Source of the DNA: Acidobacteriota bacterium
Lineage (GTDB): Bacteria; Acidobacteriota; Thermoanaerobaculia; Multivoradales; UBA5704
NCBI GenBank assembly: GCA_040005235.1
Contig: JBDTZG010000006.1
Location: forward strand, 1 to 64,000
Direction: 5' to 3'
DNA: 64,000 nucleotides
The stretch's first letter is position 1, and each line of letters begins with the position of its first letter. The notes beneath the pieces are model-generated. The model was not told where the DNA came from, searched no databases, and saw nothing but the letters and a program-made list of their open reading frames with translations. Below are positions 26,382 through 36,828 of this stretch, in pieces. Both the position numbers and the translations under genes were made by a program.

Positions 26382-27773
26382 ATGCGATATCGATCTCACC
26401 TTCTCGCCATCTCGGCCTTCTTTCTTCTCGCACCGGCCACGCACCCCCAAGCCGCACCGTTTCTCTTTTCCGGGCCCTTTTCTTCCCTGCTCCCGAAGGG
26501 CGCCACGGCGGCGGCCCATGCCTCGGGCCTGTCTTTCGAAATCAAGATCTCGGACAACGGCCAGAAGATCGAGGGCGGACCGTTCGCCCTCGCCGTGCCC
26601 GGCGCCGCGAGGCCTTTTCGGTTGACGATCGAAGGAGCCGCCTTTTCAGCCGGCCGGTTGAGCGCGAAAGCGACGATTGCCAACGGTTCAGGCGCCGCCT
26701 TGGAAGGGCTGCGCCTGGATTGGGTCGAGGCGACCGAGACATTCGCCAAGAAGGACGCCGCAGGCAAGACGGTGATGGCCACCCGGTCTCAGAAGCTCGC
26801 GGCCGAGCCGCTTCATTTCGGCGATCTGGACGCGAACGAAACGAGCGACGCGCTGCCTCTGGTCGTCACCGACCTGGCCTTCGGCGCGGAGACGATCCAG
26901 ATCGTCGTCCGCGGCGTCGTCTCCGGCCTGCGGTACGAGAAAACCTTGGTCAACCCGAGCGCCTGCGGCAGCGGGCAGATCGAGGTGGACGGCCGCGCGA
27001 ACGTCTACCTGGCGGACACCTGTGGCCAGCGGATCGCCCGCATGAATCCCACTGGGGAGATCGCCGGAGTGGAGCTGCCGGCACAAACCCGGGGATTCGC
27101 CCGAGATGCCGGGAGCGGCCGGCTCGCCGCGACTTACGGGACCTATCGCGAGATCCGCCTGATCGGCGCCGAAAGCCAGGTGCTCGGCACGATCGGCGAG
27201 GTGCAGGGGCTCGACACCGTTCCCGATTTTCTACGGTTCGACGGCCCAGGAGATCTCTGGGTGGAGGCTGGCGGCGCGATCCTTCGCTTCAGCCCCAACG
27301 GCAAGCTCGAACAGCGCATCCGGTCGATCGGAGGGACGGACCTCTACGGCGTTCTTTCGTTCGACATCGCGAGGGACGGCACGCTCTGGATCGTCGCCTT
27401 GGGCGCGCTCTTTCGCCTCCCGGCGGACGGAACGGCCGGATCTCGCCTCGTGGGGCCGGGCCTCCGGGCCGGAGAGCTGACTTCGCCCGAGGCACCGCGC
27501 GCGGCACCGGACGGCACCGTCTGGGTGGTCGAAGCCGCGGACCCGACCCACGGCGCCCCCGAGCGCATTTCGGTCTTCGACCGCGAAGGCCACCTGATCC
27601 GCCTCTTCGGCCGAGGCGCCCGCGCGCCGCTCCCCAACTTCCCCGCCGCGTACCACGAAGCGCAAATCTTCCGCGCCCGCGACTTGGCCTTCGGCCCCGA
27701 AAACAAGGTCTACGTCACGAGCCTGAGACCGGGAGCGAAGGGCGAATACGTGATGGTGTTCCGGCGGTTTTAG
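26382..27773 (+). CDS. Secreted NHL/beta-propeller protein
   Basis: Signal peptide; blades VYLAD, DGTLWI, DGTVWVVE, RISVFDREG. Confidence 0.75.
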   Translation: MRYRSHLLAISAFFLLAPATHPQAAPFLFSGPFSSLLPKGATAAAHASGLSFEIKISDNGQKIEGGPFALAVPGAARPFRLTIEGAAFSAGRLSAKATIANGSGAALEGLRLDWVEATETFAKKDAAGKTVMATRSQKLAAEPLHFGDLDANETSDALPLVVTDLAFGAETIQIVVRGVVSGLRYEKTLVNPSACGSGQIEVDGRANVYLADTCGQRIARMNPTGEIAGVELPAQTRGFARDAGSGRLAATYGTYREIRLIGAESQVLGTIGEVQGLDTVPDFLRFDGPGDLWVEAGGAILRFSPNGKLEQRIRSIGGTDLYGVLSFDIARDGTLWIVALGALFRLPADGTAGSRLVGPGLRAGELTSPEAPRAAPDGTVWVVEAADPTHGAPERISVFDREGHLIRLFGRGARAPLPNFPAAYHEAQIFRARDLAFGPENKVYVTSLRPGAKGEYVMVFRRF

Positions 27774-27795
27774 GGGACAGCCCAGCCCGCCTCCC

Positions 27796-29115
27796 TCACA
27801 ATTCTTCCAGCAGCCATTGCGCGGCCGGAGCCCAGGTCAAACCTTCTGGTAGCGGCCGTCGCGGAGGCACCGCATCGAGCGTGACGAGGAAGGGCCGAGC
27901 GTCGGGATCCATAGAGGCCGCCGCTTCGAGCGCACGGAGCTCACGTTCCCAGGTCTCGTCGCCCTCGCTCTCCAGGCAGACCTGCACCAGGAGGGGCGAA
28001 TCGCCTGCTCGGTGCGCGAGGAAGTCCACTTCGTACCCCTCCGACGTGCGCACGTACGAGACCGAGTAGCCACGACGTTCCAACTCGAGGAAAACTGCGG
28101 TCTCAAGTGCCCTCCCGTGATGCGTTCGGCCGCTGCGCTCGAATAGCGCGATCAAGCCCGGGTCGATCGGGTAGGCCTTTCGCGGGTTTACCATTCGTTG
28201 GCGCTCCGAGGCGCTGTGCAGATCGACCGTTCGAACGAGGAACGCATCTTCGAGGTGGGCGAGGTAAGCATGCAGCGTGTCCTTGCCGACCGAGATCCCT
28301 TGGGAGCGCAAGGTGTCGTAGTGCTTCTTGACGGAAAACGGTCCGCCCGGATTCGCCAGCAACTGACGCTCGATCCAGCGCAGCACCAACGGATGGCTGA
28401 CCGCATGGCGATCGATGACGTCGCGCAGCACGACGACATCGACATAGCCGTTCAAGAGCGCCGCCCGGTCGCGCGGTTCGGTGCCCTGGGCTTCGGCGAA
28501 CCCCCCCACGACGAGATATCGCCGCAAATTCTCGTCAAGCACGGCACGCTCCGCCGGCCGCAATCGATCAATCGGCCGCGTCGGTTCGGCTCCGGCGTGG
28601 CGTAGCGCCTCGCGGAAGCTGAAGGGATAGACCAGAACCTCCATCGACCGGCCGCGTAGGCTGGTCGCCACCTCGCGCGAAAGCAGCCGCGCCGACGATC
28701 CGGACACGAACATCTCGACGCCGCCCGCATCGATCAGGCGGCGCACCAACCCTTCCCACCCCGGCACGGTCTGCACCTCGTCCAAATAGAGGGTCATGCC
28801 GCCCGACTCCCGCACGCCAGGGAATCGGCGCGCGTGCTCGTCGAGCATCCAGCCCAGGTCGGCGACCGAGAGTCCCACCAAGCGCTCATCCTCGAGCGAA
28901 AGCAGAAGCTGCGCCTCGGGGGGGCTCCCGTCGGTCAATCGGTCGTTCCGGCACTGCGCAAGAAACGAGGTCTTTCCGCCGCGGCGCACACCGATCACCG
29001 CGAACGCCTTGCCGGGGATTCCAGGCAGTCGGACGTCACGCCGCGTCAGGCGGCCAGGCCCCACCGCGAGCGATTCGTCGAGCTTGAGGCGAAGGAGATC
29101 GTGAGAGATTGTCAT
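27796..29115 (-). CDS. AAA_14 + DUF4143 ATP-binding protein
   Basis: GVRRGGKT, LDEVQ, SGSSA, PRKAYPIDPG, EVDF. Confidence 0.9.
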   Translation of the reverse strand: MTISHDLLRLKLDESLAVGPGRLTRRDVRLPGIPGKAFAVIGVRRGGKTSFLAQCRNDRLTDGSPPEAQLLLSLEDERLVGLSVADLGWMLDEHARRFPGVRESGGMTLYLDEVQTVPGWEGLVRRLIDAGGVEMFVSGSSARLLSREVATSLRGRSMEVLVYPFSFREALRHAGAEPTRPIDRLRPAERAVLDENLRRYLVVGGFAEAQGTEPRDRAALLNGYVDVVVLRDVIDRHAVSHPLVLRWIERQLLANPGGPFSVKKHYDTLRSQGISVGKDTLHAYLAHLEDAFLVRTVDLHSASERQRMVNPRKAYPIDPGLIALFERSGRTHHGRALETAVFLELERRGYSVSYVRTSEGYEVDFLAHRAGDSPLLVQVCLESEGDETWERELRALEAAASMDPDARPFLVTLDAVPPRRPLPEGLTWAPAAQWLLEEL

Positions 29116-29186
29116 TTCTAGAAGGACAATATCCGATAAGTCGTCCTTCTCACAAGGACAGGAGCCGGCTCATCACTGGCTCACAA

Positions 29187-29495
29187 CTACCCCCCGAACT
29201 TGATCGGGTCGCCCAGCTCGTCCAACGAGAAGTTCGCCATGATCTGGTGGCCGTTGAAATCGAGGACCCGGATGTCTTCTTCGTGCTCCAGATCTTTCAA
29301 GATGTTGGCGAAGGAATGCTCGTAGCGCGCCTCGACGGCGTCTCGATCGACCTCGTAGGCGATGAACTTGTCGATCCCCTTGTAGCGGAGCTTCGAGACG
29401 AGACGTTCGTCGGTCAGCTTGGGGTAGGTCGACAGGACGAGGATCGGCCCGGTGCCGGTGAAGATGATGTAGGCGCGCAACGTCGACTTGGGCAT
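29187..29495 (-). CDS. Small hypothetical cytosolic protein
   Basis: GAGGAG RBS, host-like codon bias, last gene of the rlmN-amidohydrolase run. Confidence 0.75.
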   Translation of the reverse strand: MPKSTLRAYIIFTGTGPILVLSTYPKLTDERLVSKLRYKGIDKFIAYEVDRDAVEARYEHSFANILKDLEHEEDIRVLDFNGHQIMANFSLDELGDPIKFGG

Positions 29496-29552
29496 TCCGG
29501 GCTCCTCTGGAGGTGAATAGGCGGCCAACGTAACCGGCCGCCCCCGGGGCTG

Positions 29553-30854
29553 TCAATGGTGAGCTGCGAGATAGCCCGAAACCAGCCGCGACATCGCGCG
29601 GATCCCCACCGGGACCGCCCCGTCGTCGCCCCGGAACGTCGGGGTGTGCAGGCCCCCCGAGGTGGTTCTCGCGCCGAGCGTGCCGAGGCGGAAGTAGTAG
29701 CTCGGGACGGCGTTGGCGAAGAACGCGAAGTCCTCGCCCCCCATGGTCGGCTCGGAGACCGAATAGGCGTCGGCGCCGAGCGCTTTTTCGAGGATCGCGC
29801 GCGACTCCGCGGTGAGCGCCGGGTCGTTCACGGTCGGCGGCGCGGTGCGCTGGTAGTCGAGCTCGAACGAGCCGCCTCCGGCTTTCGTGGTGCCGTCCAG
29901 GATTTCGCGCATCCGCCGTTCCACCAAATCCTGCACCGTGCCCGAGTAGGTCCGCACCGTCCCTTCGAGCCGGACCTCGCCGGGGATGATGTTGAATCGG
30001 TCGCCGCCGCGGATGATGCCGACGGTCACCACCGTGGTTTCGAGCGGCGGCACGTTGCGCGAGCGGATGGTCTGGAGCGCCATCACCGCCTGCGAGGCGA
30101 TCACCACCGGATCGACCCCCTGGTGCGGATAGGCGCCGTGCGACTGCTTGCCGATGATCTTGGCGACGAAATGGTCGACCGCCGCCCAGGTCGGGCCGGG
30201 GTTCGCGGCGATCTTGCCGACGGGAAGCTCGGGGTAGGAGTGGAGAGCGAAGATCGCGACCGGCTTCAGATCCTTGAAAATCCCCTCTTCGAGCATCACG
30301 TCCGCGCCGCCGCGCTCACCCGGCGGCGGGCCTTCCTCGGCTGGCTGGAAGATGAACATCACCGTTCCGGGCAAGTCCGCCTTCACCGCGGCGAGCACCT
30401 CGGCCACGCCGAGCTGCACCGAGGTGTGGATGTCATGGCCGCAGGCGTGGGCGATTCCCACCTCCTGCCCGTCGTAGGTGCCTCGCTTCGTCGATTTGAA
30501 CGGCAGGTCGCTCACTTCGGTCACCGGCAGCGCGTCGATGTCGGCCCGCACCGCCACCACGGGACCCGGCTTGCCGCCCCGGAGAATGCCGACCACGCCG
30601 GTCTTCGCGATCCCGGTCTTGACCTCTAGGCCCAGCGCTCGCAGACGCTCCGCGACCAGAGCGGCGGTCTCCACTTCGCGGTTGCCCAGCTCCGGATTCG
30701 CGTGAATCCGGTGGCGGACCTCGGTGATCTCGGGAGTCACGCGGGCGACCTCGCGGTCGATCCGGGCGCCGAGATCGGTGACTTTGGGAGCGGCGGCCCC
30801 GGCGAGCGAGGGTAGGGCGAGGAGGAGGAACGAGAGGTAGGCTTTCGGGATCAT
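29553..30854 (-). CDS. M20D amidohydrolase with signal peptide
   Basis: HANPELG, RADIDALP, HACGHD, FQPAEEG, GEDF, LHTP. Confidence 0.93.
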   Translation of the reverse strand: MIPKAYLSFLLLALPSLAGAAAPKVTDLGARIDREVARVTPEITEVRHRIHANPELGNREVETAALVAERLRALGLEVKTGIAKTGVVGILRGGKPGPVVAVRADIDALPVTEVSDLPFKSTKRGTYDGQEVGIAHACGHDIHTSVQLGVAEVLAAVKADLPGTVMFIFQPAEEGPPPGERGGADVMLEEGIFKDLKPVAIFALHSYPELPVGKIAANPGPTWAAVDHFVAKIIGKQSHGAYPHQGVDPVVIASQAVMALQTIRSRNVPPLETTVVTVGIIRGGDRFNIIPGEVRLEGTVRTYSGTVQDLVERRMREILDGTTKAGGGSFELDYQRTAPPTVNDPALTAESRAILEKALGADAYSVSEPTMGGEDFAFFANAVPSYYFRLGTLGARTTSGGLHTPTFRGDDGAVPVGIRAMSRLVSGYLAAHH

Positions 30855-30882
30855 CCGAGGATCTTAACCCGTACAGATTCAC

Positions 30883-31956
30883 CTACGGTTTCGGCGTCGC
30901 ATTCCCGCGAAACCCCCGCGGGTCCCGCCCGAAAGCCCGCAGTTGGCCGCAGGCGGCGCTGACGTCGTCGCCCCGGGTTTTCCGCACCGTGGCGGTATAT
31001 CCGTGGCGGTAGAGGCGCTCCTGGAACGCGGCGGTCTGCTCCGGCGTGGAGGGAATCATCGTCGGACCGAGCACCGCGTCCGGATTGGTCGGAATCAGGT
31101 TGATCTTGCAGGACAGGCCCTGGAGCAATCCGGCGAGCCGGTCGGCCTGGGCGAGCGAGTCGTTCACGTCTTTGATCAGGATGTATTCGAAGGTGATCCG
31201 CCGCCGCGGTTCGAGCGGAAAGCGGCGCAGCGCTTCGAGCAGATCGGCGAGCGGATAGCTGCGATTAATCGGCATAATCCGGCTGCGAAGCTCGTCGTCC
31301 GGCGCGTGGAGCGAGATCGCGAGGTTCGGCCGGCGCTTCCAGCGGGCCATCTCCTCAATGCCCGGGATGACCCCCGCGGTCGAGACGGTGATCCGGCGGA
31401 TCGAAATGTGCTCGGCGAGGATCTCGATCGCCGAGCCGACGTTGTCCAGATTGAGCAGCGGCTCGCCCATCCCCATGAACACGAGGTTCAGGCCGTCGGC
31501 CGGATGATCGCGGTCCTGCTTGATCGAGAGGACCTGGGCGATGATCTCCCCCGCCGAAAGATTTCTCCCCGCGCCCCAATAGCCCGTGACGCAGAACGAG
31601 CAGGCGAGAGCACAGCCGGCCTGACTCGAAATGCAGAGCGTGCGCCGGTCGCCGTCGGGAATGTCGACCGCCTCGATCGAGGCGCCGTCGACCAGGCGGA
31701 ACAGATATTTCGCGGTGCCGTCCTCGGAGATTTCCCGCGCCGCGATCTCCGGCCGCTCGATGCGGAAATGCGCGGCGAGCGTCGCGCGCAAATCCTTCGC
31801 GAGATCGGTCATCGCGGCGAAATCCGCGAGCCCCCGGGAATGGATCGCGTCGTACAGCTGGCGGATGCGGAACGGCCGATCGACGTAAGGGGCGAGGGTC
31901 TCCGCGAGTTGGTTCCGATCGAGGCCCAGCAGATCGGGCTGCGGTGCCGGGTTCAT
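30883..31956 (-). CDS. rlmN: 23S rRNA A2503/tRNA A37 methyltransferase
   Basis: CISSQAGCALACSFC, MGMGEPLLN, ISLHA, AACGQL. Confidence 0.96.
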   Translation of the reverse strand: MNPAPQPDLLGLDRNQLAETLAPYVDRPFRIRQLYDAIHSRGLADFAAMTDLAKDLRATLAAHFRIERPEIAAREISEDGTAKYLFRLVDGASIEAVDIPDGDRRTLCISSQAGCALACSFCVTGYWGAGRNLSAGEIIAQVLSIKQDRDHPADGLNLVFMGMGEPLLNLDNVGSAIEILAEHISIRRITVSTAGVIPGIEEMARWKRRPNLAISLHAPDDELRSRIMPINRSYPLADLLEALRRFPLEPRRRITFEYILIKDVNDSLAQADRLAGLLQGLSCKINLIPTNPDAVLGPTMIPSTPEQTAAFQERLYRHGYTATVRKTRGDDVSAACGQLRAFGRDPRGFRGNATPKP

Positions 31957-32513
31957 TTCTTCCGGCGCAGGCGGCGGGTCGGATCGATGCCGATCGAGCG
32001 CAGGAACCCGAGGTCGCGGCCGTCGATTTGAAACGCGGGTTCGGGAGAGGGGACCAGCGCGGTGCTCTCGGGCCGCGCGCTCTTGCTGGGCTTCGCGAGC
32101 TTTTCGAGTTTGTCGTTCAAACGATCCGCGAGCACGGCGGCGCGGGCCGCCGGAACGAGAGGCGGTTCCTCGTCGCCTGCTTCCCGCTTGCAGTCGAGAT
32201 GGAGGACCATCGCGTAGCCTTCCTCGCGAATACGGCGCAGCGAGCGCGACACGTCGGACGACTCCGAGATCGCCTCGGCGAGGGCGCGGCGCAAGTCGCG
32301 AATCAGGGGCTTCAACCGTTCGTCCAGAGCGCGTTCCTCCTTGGCCTTCGATCCGCCGAAAACCGGTCGCCAAGGCGCCCGGCGATCCCTGCCGGGGTGA
32401 GTGGGCGACCGCTGCGGTTCCGAACCGACCGGCGGATTATCGCCGTCACCCCCCGGGGTGTCAAACCGAGCCGTCCCGGAAAATATCCCGGTCCCCGTTG
32501 ACTTTTCAGCCAT
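31953..32513 (-). CDS. Hypothetical protein coupled to rlmN (true start probably further 3')
   Basis: ATGA overlap with rlmN; helical core and FQIDGRDLGFLRSIGIDP tail. Confidence 0.65.
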   Translation of the reverse strand: MAEKSTGTGIFSGTARFDTPGGDGDNPPVGSEPQRSPTHPGRDRRAPWRPVFGGSKAKEERALDERLKPLIRDLRRALAEAISESSDVSRSLRRIREEGYAMVLHLDCKREAGDEEPPLVPAARAAVLADRLNDKLEKLAKPSKSARPESTALVPSPEPAFQIDGRDLGFLRSIGIDPTRRLRRKK

Positions 32514-32598
32514 CCGGTGCCTCGCTTCACCGGCTCGCCGGACCGTGGTAACCTTTCGCGCCGCCCGCGTTTTTCACCTCTCTGGGGCTCCCTTCCCG

Positions 32599-33594
32599 AT
32601 GAATTTTTCCGATCTCGCGCCTTGGCTCGCCGCCCGAGGGTTCGCCTCCGAACGGATCGAGCCTTTGCCGGGCGACGTCTCGCCGCGCCGCTACGGCAGG
32701 GTCCGTCTCGCCTCCGGCGGCTCCGCGATCGTCGCGTTCTACCCGGAGGAGATCCGCCCGGCCGCCGAGCGGTTCCTGCGCGCCACCGCCCTGCTCCAAA
32801 GCATCGAGGTTCCCGTGCCGGGGGTGCTCGCGGCCGATCTTTCGGAAGGCCTGATGTTGATCGAGGATCTTGGGGAAAAGACGCTCGCCGAGAGGCACGA
32901 TCTGGACGACGAGAAGATTGCCCCGTATTTTCGCCATGCCGCGGAGCTCGGCCGACGGATCGCGAAGCTGCCGCCCGCGGCGTTGCTCGACGAGGCGACC
33001 GGGGAGCCGTGGAATCCGCCGCTCGACGGGCCGCTGCTCCGCCGCGAGCTGCAGCAGACGTGGGACGTGTTCCTGATCCCGCGCGCCCTGCTCGGTTCTC
33101 CGGAGCAGCATCGCGCGATCGGGACGCTGTTCGACGAGATCTGCGCCTGCATGGGCGCGGAGCCCCCCGTCGCCTGCCATCGCGATTTCATGGCGCGCAA
33201 CCTGATTCCCCGATCGGCGATTTCCGGCGCAGTCGGCGAAGTCGCGGTGATTGATCATCAGGATCTGCGCTTCGGACCGCCCCGCTACGATCTCGCTTCG
33301 CTCTTGAACGACACGCGTTTCCCGAGCCCCGCGCTCGAAGCGGAGCTGCTGGAGTCGACTCTCGGCGATCCCGGAAAGATCGAGAGCTACCACCGGGCGG
33401 CGGCCCAGCGGACGCTCAAGGCGGTGGGCACTTTCGCCAAATTCGCCGACCGCGGCGCGCCTCGCCACCTGCCGCTGATCGCTCCGACGCTCGCGCGAGC
33501 CTTGCGCCACCTGGAACGAATCCCGGAAGGCGACGCGATCGTTTCCAAGCTCAAGGAGCTCTGGCGTCCCGCTCTCCTGCCGTCGCCGCACTGA
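32599..33594 (+). CDS. APH-family phosphotransferase (AmgK-like MurNAc/GlcNAc kinase)
   Basis: GDVSPRRY, EDLG, HRDFMARNL, IDHQD, YDLASLL. Confidence 0.85.
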   Translation: MNFSDLAPWLAARGFASERIEPLPGDVSPRRYGRVRLASGGSAIVAFYPEEIRPAAERFLRATALLQSIEVPVPGVLAADLSEGLMLIEDLGEKTLAERHDLDDEKIAPYFRHAAELGRRIAKLPPAALLDEATGEPWNPPLDGPLLRRELQQTWDVFLIPRALLGSPEQHRAIGTLFDEICACMGAEPPVACHRDFMARNLIPRSAISGAVGEVAVIDHQDLRFGPPRYDLASLLNDTRFPSPALEAELLESTLGDPGKIESYHRAAAQRTLKAVGTFAKFADRGAPRHLPLIAPTLARALRHLERIPEGDAIVSKLKELWRPALLPSPH

Positions 33595-33668
33595 TCTGCT
33601 ATGCTGCCGCCACGAGTCGGCGTACGTTTCGCTGCTCTTTGCGTCACGCTCCACCTGGAGACCACTAC

Positions 33669-33848
33669 ATGCCCAACCTTGGCGTTCCCGAACTGCTGAT
33701 CATCTTCGTCATCATCATCGTGCTCTTCGGTGCGACCCGTCTGCCGAATATCGGCAAGGGTCTCGGCGAGGGCATCCGCAACTTCAAGAAGGGGATGAAG
33801 GGCGAAGACGATCCCCAGCTCCCCGGCAAGACCACCGATCCCCGCTAG
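33669..33848 (+). CDS. tatA: TatA/E translocase subunit
   Basis: LGVPELLII...LFG..RLP..GKGLGEGIRNFKK. Confidence 0.95.
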   Translation: MPNLGVPELLIIFVIIIVLFGATRLPNIGKGLGEGIRNFKKGMKGEDDPQLPGKTTDPR

Positions 33849-33904
33849 CACAGGATTTCGGTCAAATCGGCCCCGGTTCGAGCCGATTTGGCGCAGGCGT
33901 CACG

Positions 33905-33949
33905 AAAAGAGGCTCCGGGCGGTTCGATCCGCCGGAGCCTCTTTTCTTT
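33905..33949. terminator. Bidirectional rho-independent terminator
   Basis: AAAAGAGGCTCCGG...CCGGAGCCTCTTTT between convergent genes. Confidence 0.85.
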
Positions 33950-33965
33950 CGACTTCAGGCGGCCC

Positions 33966-34640
33966 TTACCGGGTCATCGCGGCTAGCGTCTCGGTGATTT
34001 CGGCATGCGGCAGGGTGTCCGCATCGCCATGCCACAGCCGGCGATGAAGACCGAGGTAGCGATCCTGGACGCGCCGGACGTAGGAACGCGTCTCGCGAAA
34101 CGGCGGCACGCCTTTCCATCGATCGACCATGCCGGGACCCGCGTTGTAGGCTGCGAGCGCCCTTTCGAGGTCGCCGTCGTAGCGATCCAACAGACTCGCG
34201 AGGTAGCGGCTGCCGGCTTCCAGGTTGGCCTTCGGATTGGTCAGGTCCGGGCTTTTCGGCGTGCCGCTGCCGTCGGGCCGGACCTGCATGAGGCCGACCG
34301 CGCCGCGCGGCGAAACGACGTTGGCGGCAAACCCCGATTCCATTTCGACCACCGAGGCGATCAACAGGCCGTCGACCCCCGTGCGGGCCGAGACGTCGAC
34401 GATCGCCGCGCCATAGGGGAGCGTTTCCAGATACCGGCGCTGCGCATCGCGTCCGGAGGACGAGACGGGAGTTGAGGCGGGTTCGGCCAGGGACGAGGGG
34501 GGCGGAGTCGTTTCGAGATCCGAAAGCGTCGGGATGGATGAGATCGAGGGGCTGGAGGTGAAGGTCAAAACCAAGAAAACCGCAATGGACACCACCAGGG
34601 CAGGCCGGTGCCAGGTTGTTCGTGTTTCGGTACTCTGCAT
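33966..34640 (-). CDS. Lytic transglycosylase (SLT domain) with N-terminal TM
   Basis: MESGF, SPRGAVGLMQ, ALAAYNAGP, PFRETRSYV. Confidence 0.92.
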   Translation of the reverse strand: MQSTETRTTWHRPALVVSIAVFLVLTFTSSPSISSIPTLSDLETTPPPSSLAEPASTPVSSSGRDAQRRYLETLPYGAAIVDVSARTGVDGLLIASVVEMESGFAANVVSPRGAVGLMQVRPDGSGTPKSPDLTNPKANLEAGSRYLASLLDRYDGDLERALAAYNAGPGMVDRWKGVPPFRETRSYVRRVQDRYLGLHRRLWHGDADTLPHAEITETLAAMTR

Positions 34641-34781
34641 GGGGAACGGCTCCCTTTGTCTTCCGTTGGGGCGTAGACCCGCCGCTTCGTGGATGTTTAC
34701 GAAGCAGAGGTGCGCTGCGCGGAAAGTACACGCCGAGCCCGGGAGCCCGGGTCGGCGCCGCGAAATGGTAAGGAAAGCTTC

Positions 34782-34798
34782 TGCTAGTTCTGTGCCAG
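34782..34798 (-). promoter_or_regulatory. sigma54-type promoter upstream of the SLT gene
   Basis: CTGGCAC-AGAAC-TAGC (GG-N10-GC). Confidence 0.5.
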
Positions 34799-34881
34799 AA
34801 CGCCCAGGGTTCGAACCGCCGTGCGGTTCAACCGGGGGTCGATCGAGGTGCCGGCGGCGGCACCTAGGCGAGGGGCGGTGT

Positions 34882-35148
34882 TCAGGTGACCGGATCCTTT
34901 CGCCGCTGAGCGCGGCGCCGATCGTAATCCTCGGAGTGGATTCCGAGAGTGGAGACTTTGTTGCGCAACGTGTTGCGATGGACGCCCAGCGAGCGAGCGG
35001 ACCGGCAGAAGTTGCCAGAGTTGGACTGTAGCGAGGCAAGGATGAACTGACGTTCGAACTCCCGCCGCGCCTGCTCCAGAGTTACGCCGCGACGAACCAG
35101 CTCATCGACGATGAGAAACAGACGCCCGTTCAAGTTCTGGTCGGCCAA
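34882..35148 (-). CDS. Fis-family HTH protein
   Basis: EFERQFI, GN..RSARSLGVHRNTLRNK. Confidence 0.88.
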   Translation of the reverse strand: MADQNLNGRLFLIVDELVRRGVTLEQARREFERQFILASLQSNSGNFCRSARSLGVHRNTLRNKVSTLGIHSEDYDRRRAQRRKDPVT

Positions 35149-35448
35149 GGTGAAATCTCCGCTGAGAAAAGGGGCTCGAAAGCGGGCTCTAGAATACCAC
35201 AGCCCTTCCGTCTACCCAAGATGAAAACGTCGTTCGCAGCGCCACCCGACCGCTCTGCAAAGTTCCTGCGAGAGTCGGGGATCGCCCCCTGAAGTCGCCG
35301 ATCTCGCGGTTCCGGGGGGAGTGTTCTAGACTGTCGCCCTTCGGCAGAGTCCTGGCCCGAGATGTGCTCGACTAAGTCGAGGCCGTTCGGAGCCCTGGGT
35401 TTTGCCCTGACCGACCGAGCTAAAACCCGAAAAACACAGGAGATCGCG

Positions 35449-35721
35449 ATGGCCGAGAGAAAGCCTAACGAGCAGTTCATGAAGCCGCTGCAGCCCTCTG
35501 AGGCGCTCGCTGCGGTCGTCGGTAGCGCCCCGCTGCCGCGCACCGAGGTGACCAAGAAGGTCTGGGAGTACATCAAGAAGCACAATCTGCAGGACCCGGC
35601 CAACAAGCGCAACATCGTTGCCGACGACAAGCTGAAGGCGGTTTTCGCGGGCAAGGGCACGGTCACGATGTTCGAGATGACCAAGCTGATCAACGCCCAC
35701 CTCAAGGACCCGTCGAAGTAG
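35449..35721 (+). CDS. Stand-alone SWIB/MDM2 domain protein
   Basis: LAAVVG, RTEVTKKVWEYIKKHNLQDPANKR, MFEMTKL; AGGAG RBS. Confidence 0.93.
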   Translation: MAERKPNEQFMKPLQPSEALAAVVGSAPLPRTEVTKKVWEYIKKHNLQDPANKRNIVADDKLKAVFAGKGTVTMFEMTKLINAHLKDPSK

Positions 35722-35816
35722 CAGGCGCCGCGCGGAGCGGCGCGCCCGTGGGCAGCGGGCGCCGCCGCTTCGACCAGGCGGTCCGCCGCCTCGCGCAATT
35801 CTGAGATCTCCGCACT

Positions 35817-36788
35817 GTGGTTACCCACGTCCCGATCGGCACGCCGCTCCTTTGGGGCGGATTTTTTCTCCTCATCTTCGCCCTGCTCGCGCTCGATCTC
35901 GGCGTGTTCAACCGCCGCGAGCATCGGGTCGGCCTGACCGAGGCGATCGTTTGGAGCGTCGTCTGGACGCTCGTGGCGTTGGCATTCAACGTTTGGGTCT
36001 ACCTGCGTTTCGGTCACACTCCGGGGGTAGAGTTCCTGACCGCCTACGTGATCGAACGCTCCTTGAGTTTCGACAACATCTTCGTCTTCATCGTGGTCTT
36101 CAACTACTTCGCGGTGCCGGACGAGCTTCATCACCGGGTGCTGTTCTGGGGCATCCTCGGCGCTCTCGTCGCCCGCGGCCTGTTCATCGGTCTGGGGACC
36201 GCGCTGCTCGCGAAATTCTCCTGGTTGATCTACCTGTTCGGCGCCTTCCTGATCTACACCGGCTGGAAGGTCCTGCGCGAGAAAGAAACGAAAATCGAGC
36301 CGGAGCGGAACCCGGTGGTCAAGCTATTCCGCCGTCTGTTCCGGATCACCGAGAGCTATCGGGGCAAGAACTTCTGGTCGCGCGAAAACGGCTTGCTCTA
36401 CGCGACCCCGCTCCTGCTCGTCCTGGTGGTGATCGAGGCAAGCGACATCCTGTTCGCGGTCGATTCGATTCCCGCCGTCTTCGGCGTCACGCGCGATTCG
36501 TTCATCGCCTTCACCTCGAACATCTTCGCCATTCTGGGGCTGCGCGCGCTGTACTTCCTGCTCGCCGGTCTGATGCACAAATTCGGCTATCTGAGCTACG
36601 GCCTGGGCTTGGTGTTGATCTTCATCGGCGCCAAGATGGTCCTTCATCCGTGGATCGAAATCCCGATCGAGCTATCGCTCGGCTTGGTGCTCGTCCTGCT
36701 CGCCGGCTCGGTCGCCATCTCGCTGCTCCGTCCGCCCAAAGCGCCGGAAGAAGTCGTGGCCGCAACCTCCGAGTCGTCCGCCGACTAG
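35817..36788 (+). CDS. TerC/Alx family membrane protein
   Basis: ERSLSFDNIFVF, DILFAVDSIPA, SNIFAILGLRALYF. Confidence 0.93.
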   Translation: MVTHVPIGTPLLWGGFFLLIFALLALDLGVFNRREHRVGLTEAIVWSVVWTLVALAFNVWVYLRFGHTPGVEFLTAYVIERSLSFDNIFVFIVVFNYFAVPDELHHRVLFWGILGALVARGLFIGLGTALLAKFSWLIYLFGAFLIYTGWKVLREKETKIEPERNPVVKLFRRLFRITESYRGKNFWSRENGLLYATPLLLVLVVIEASDILFAVDSIPAVFGVTRDSFIAFTSNIFAILGLRALYFLLAGLMHKFGYLSYGLGLVLIFIGAKMVLHPWIEIPIELSLGLVLVLLAGSVAISLLRPPKAPEEVVAATSESSAD

Positions 36789-36828
36789 AGAACCCGCACT
36801 TCGCCGATCGCTTCCGGAGGTCCGCTCG

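Noticed and set aside
35722-35816. yybP-ykoY Mn riboswitch upstream of terC
   Set aside because: Only GC-rich stems were seen, without a recognisable conserved core; an Rfam scan would be needed.
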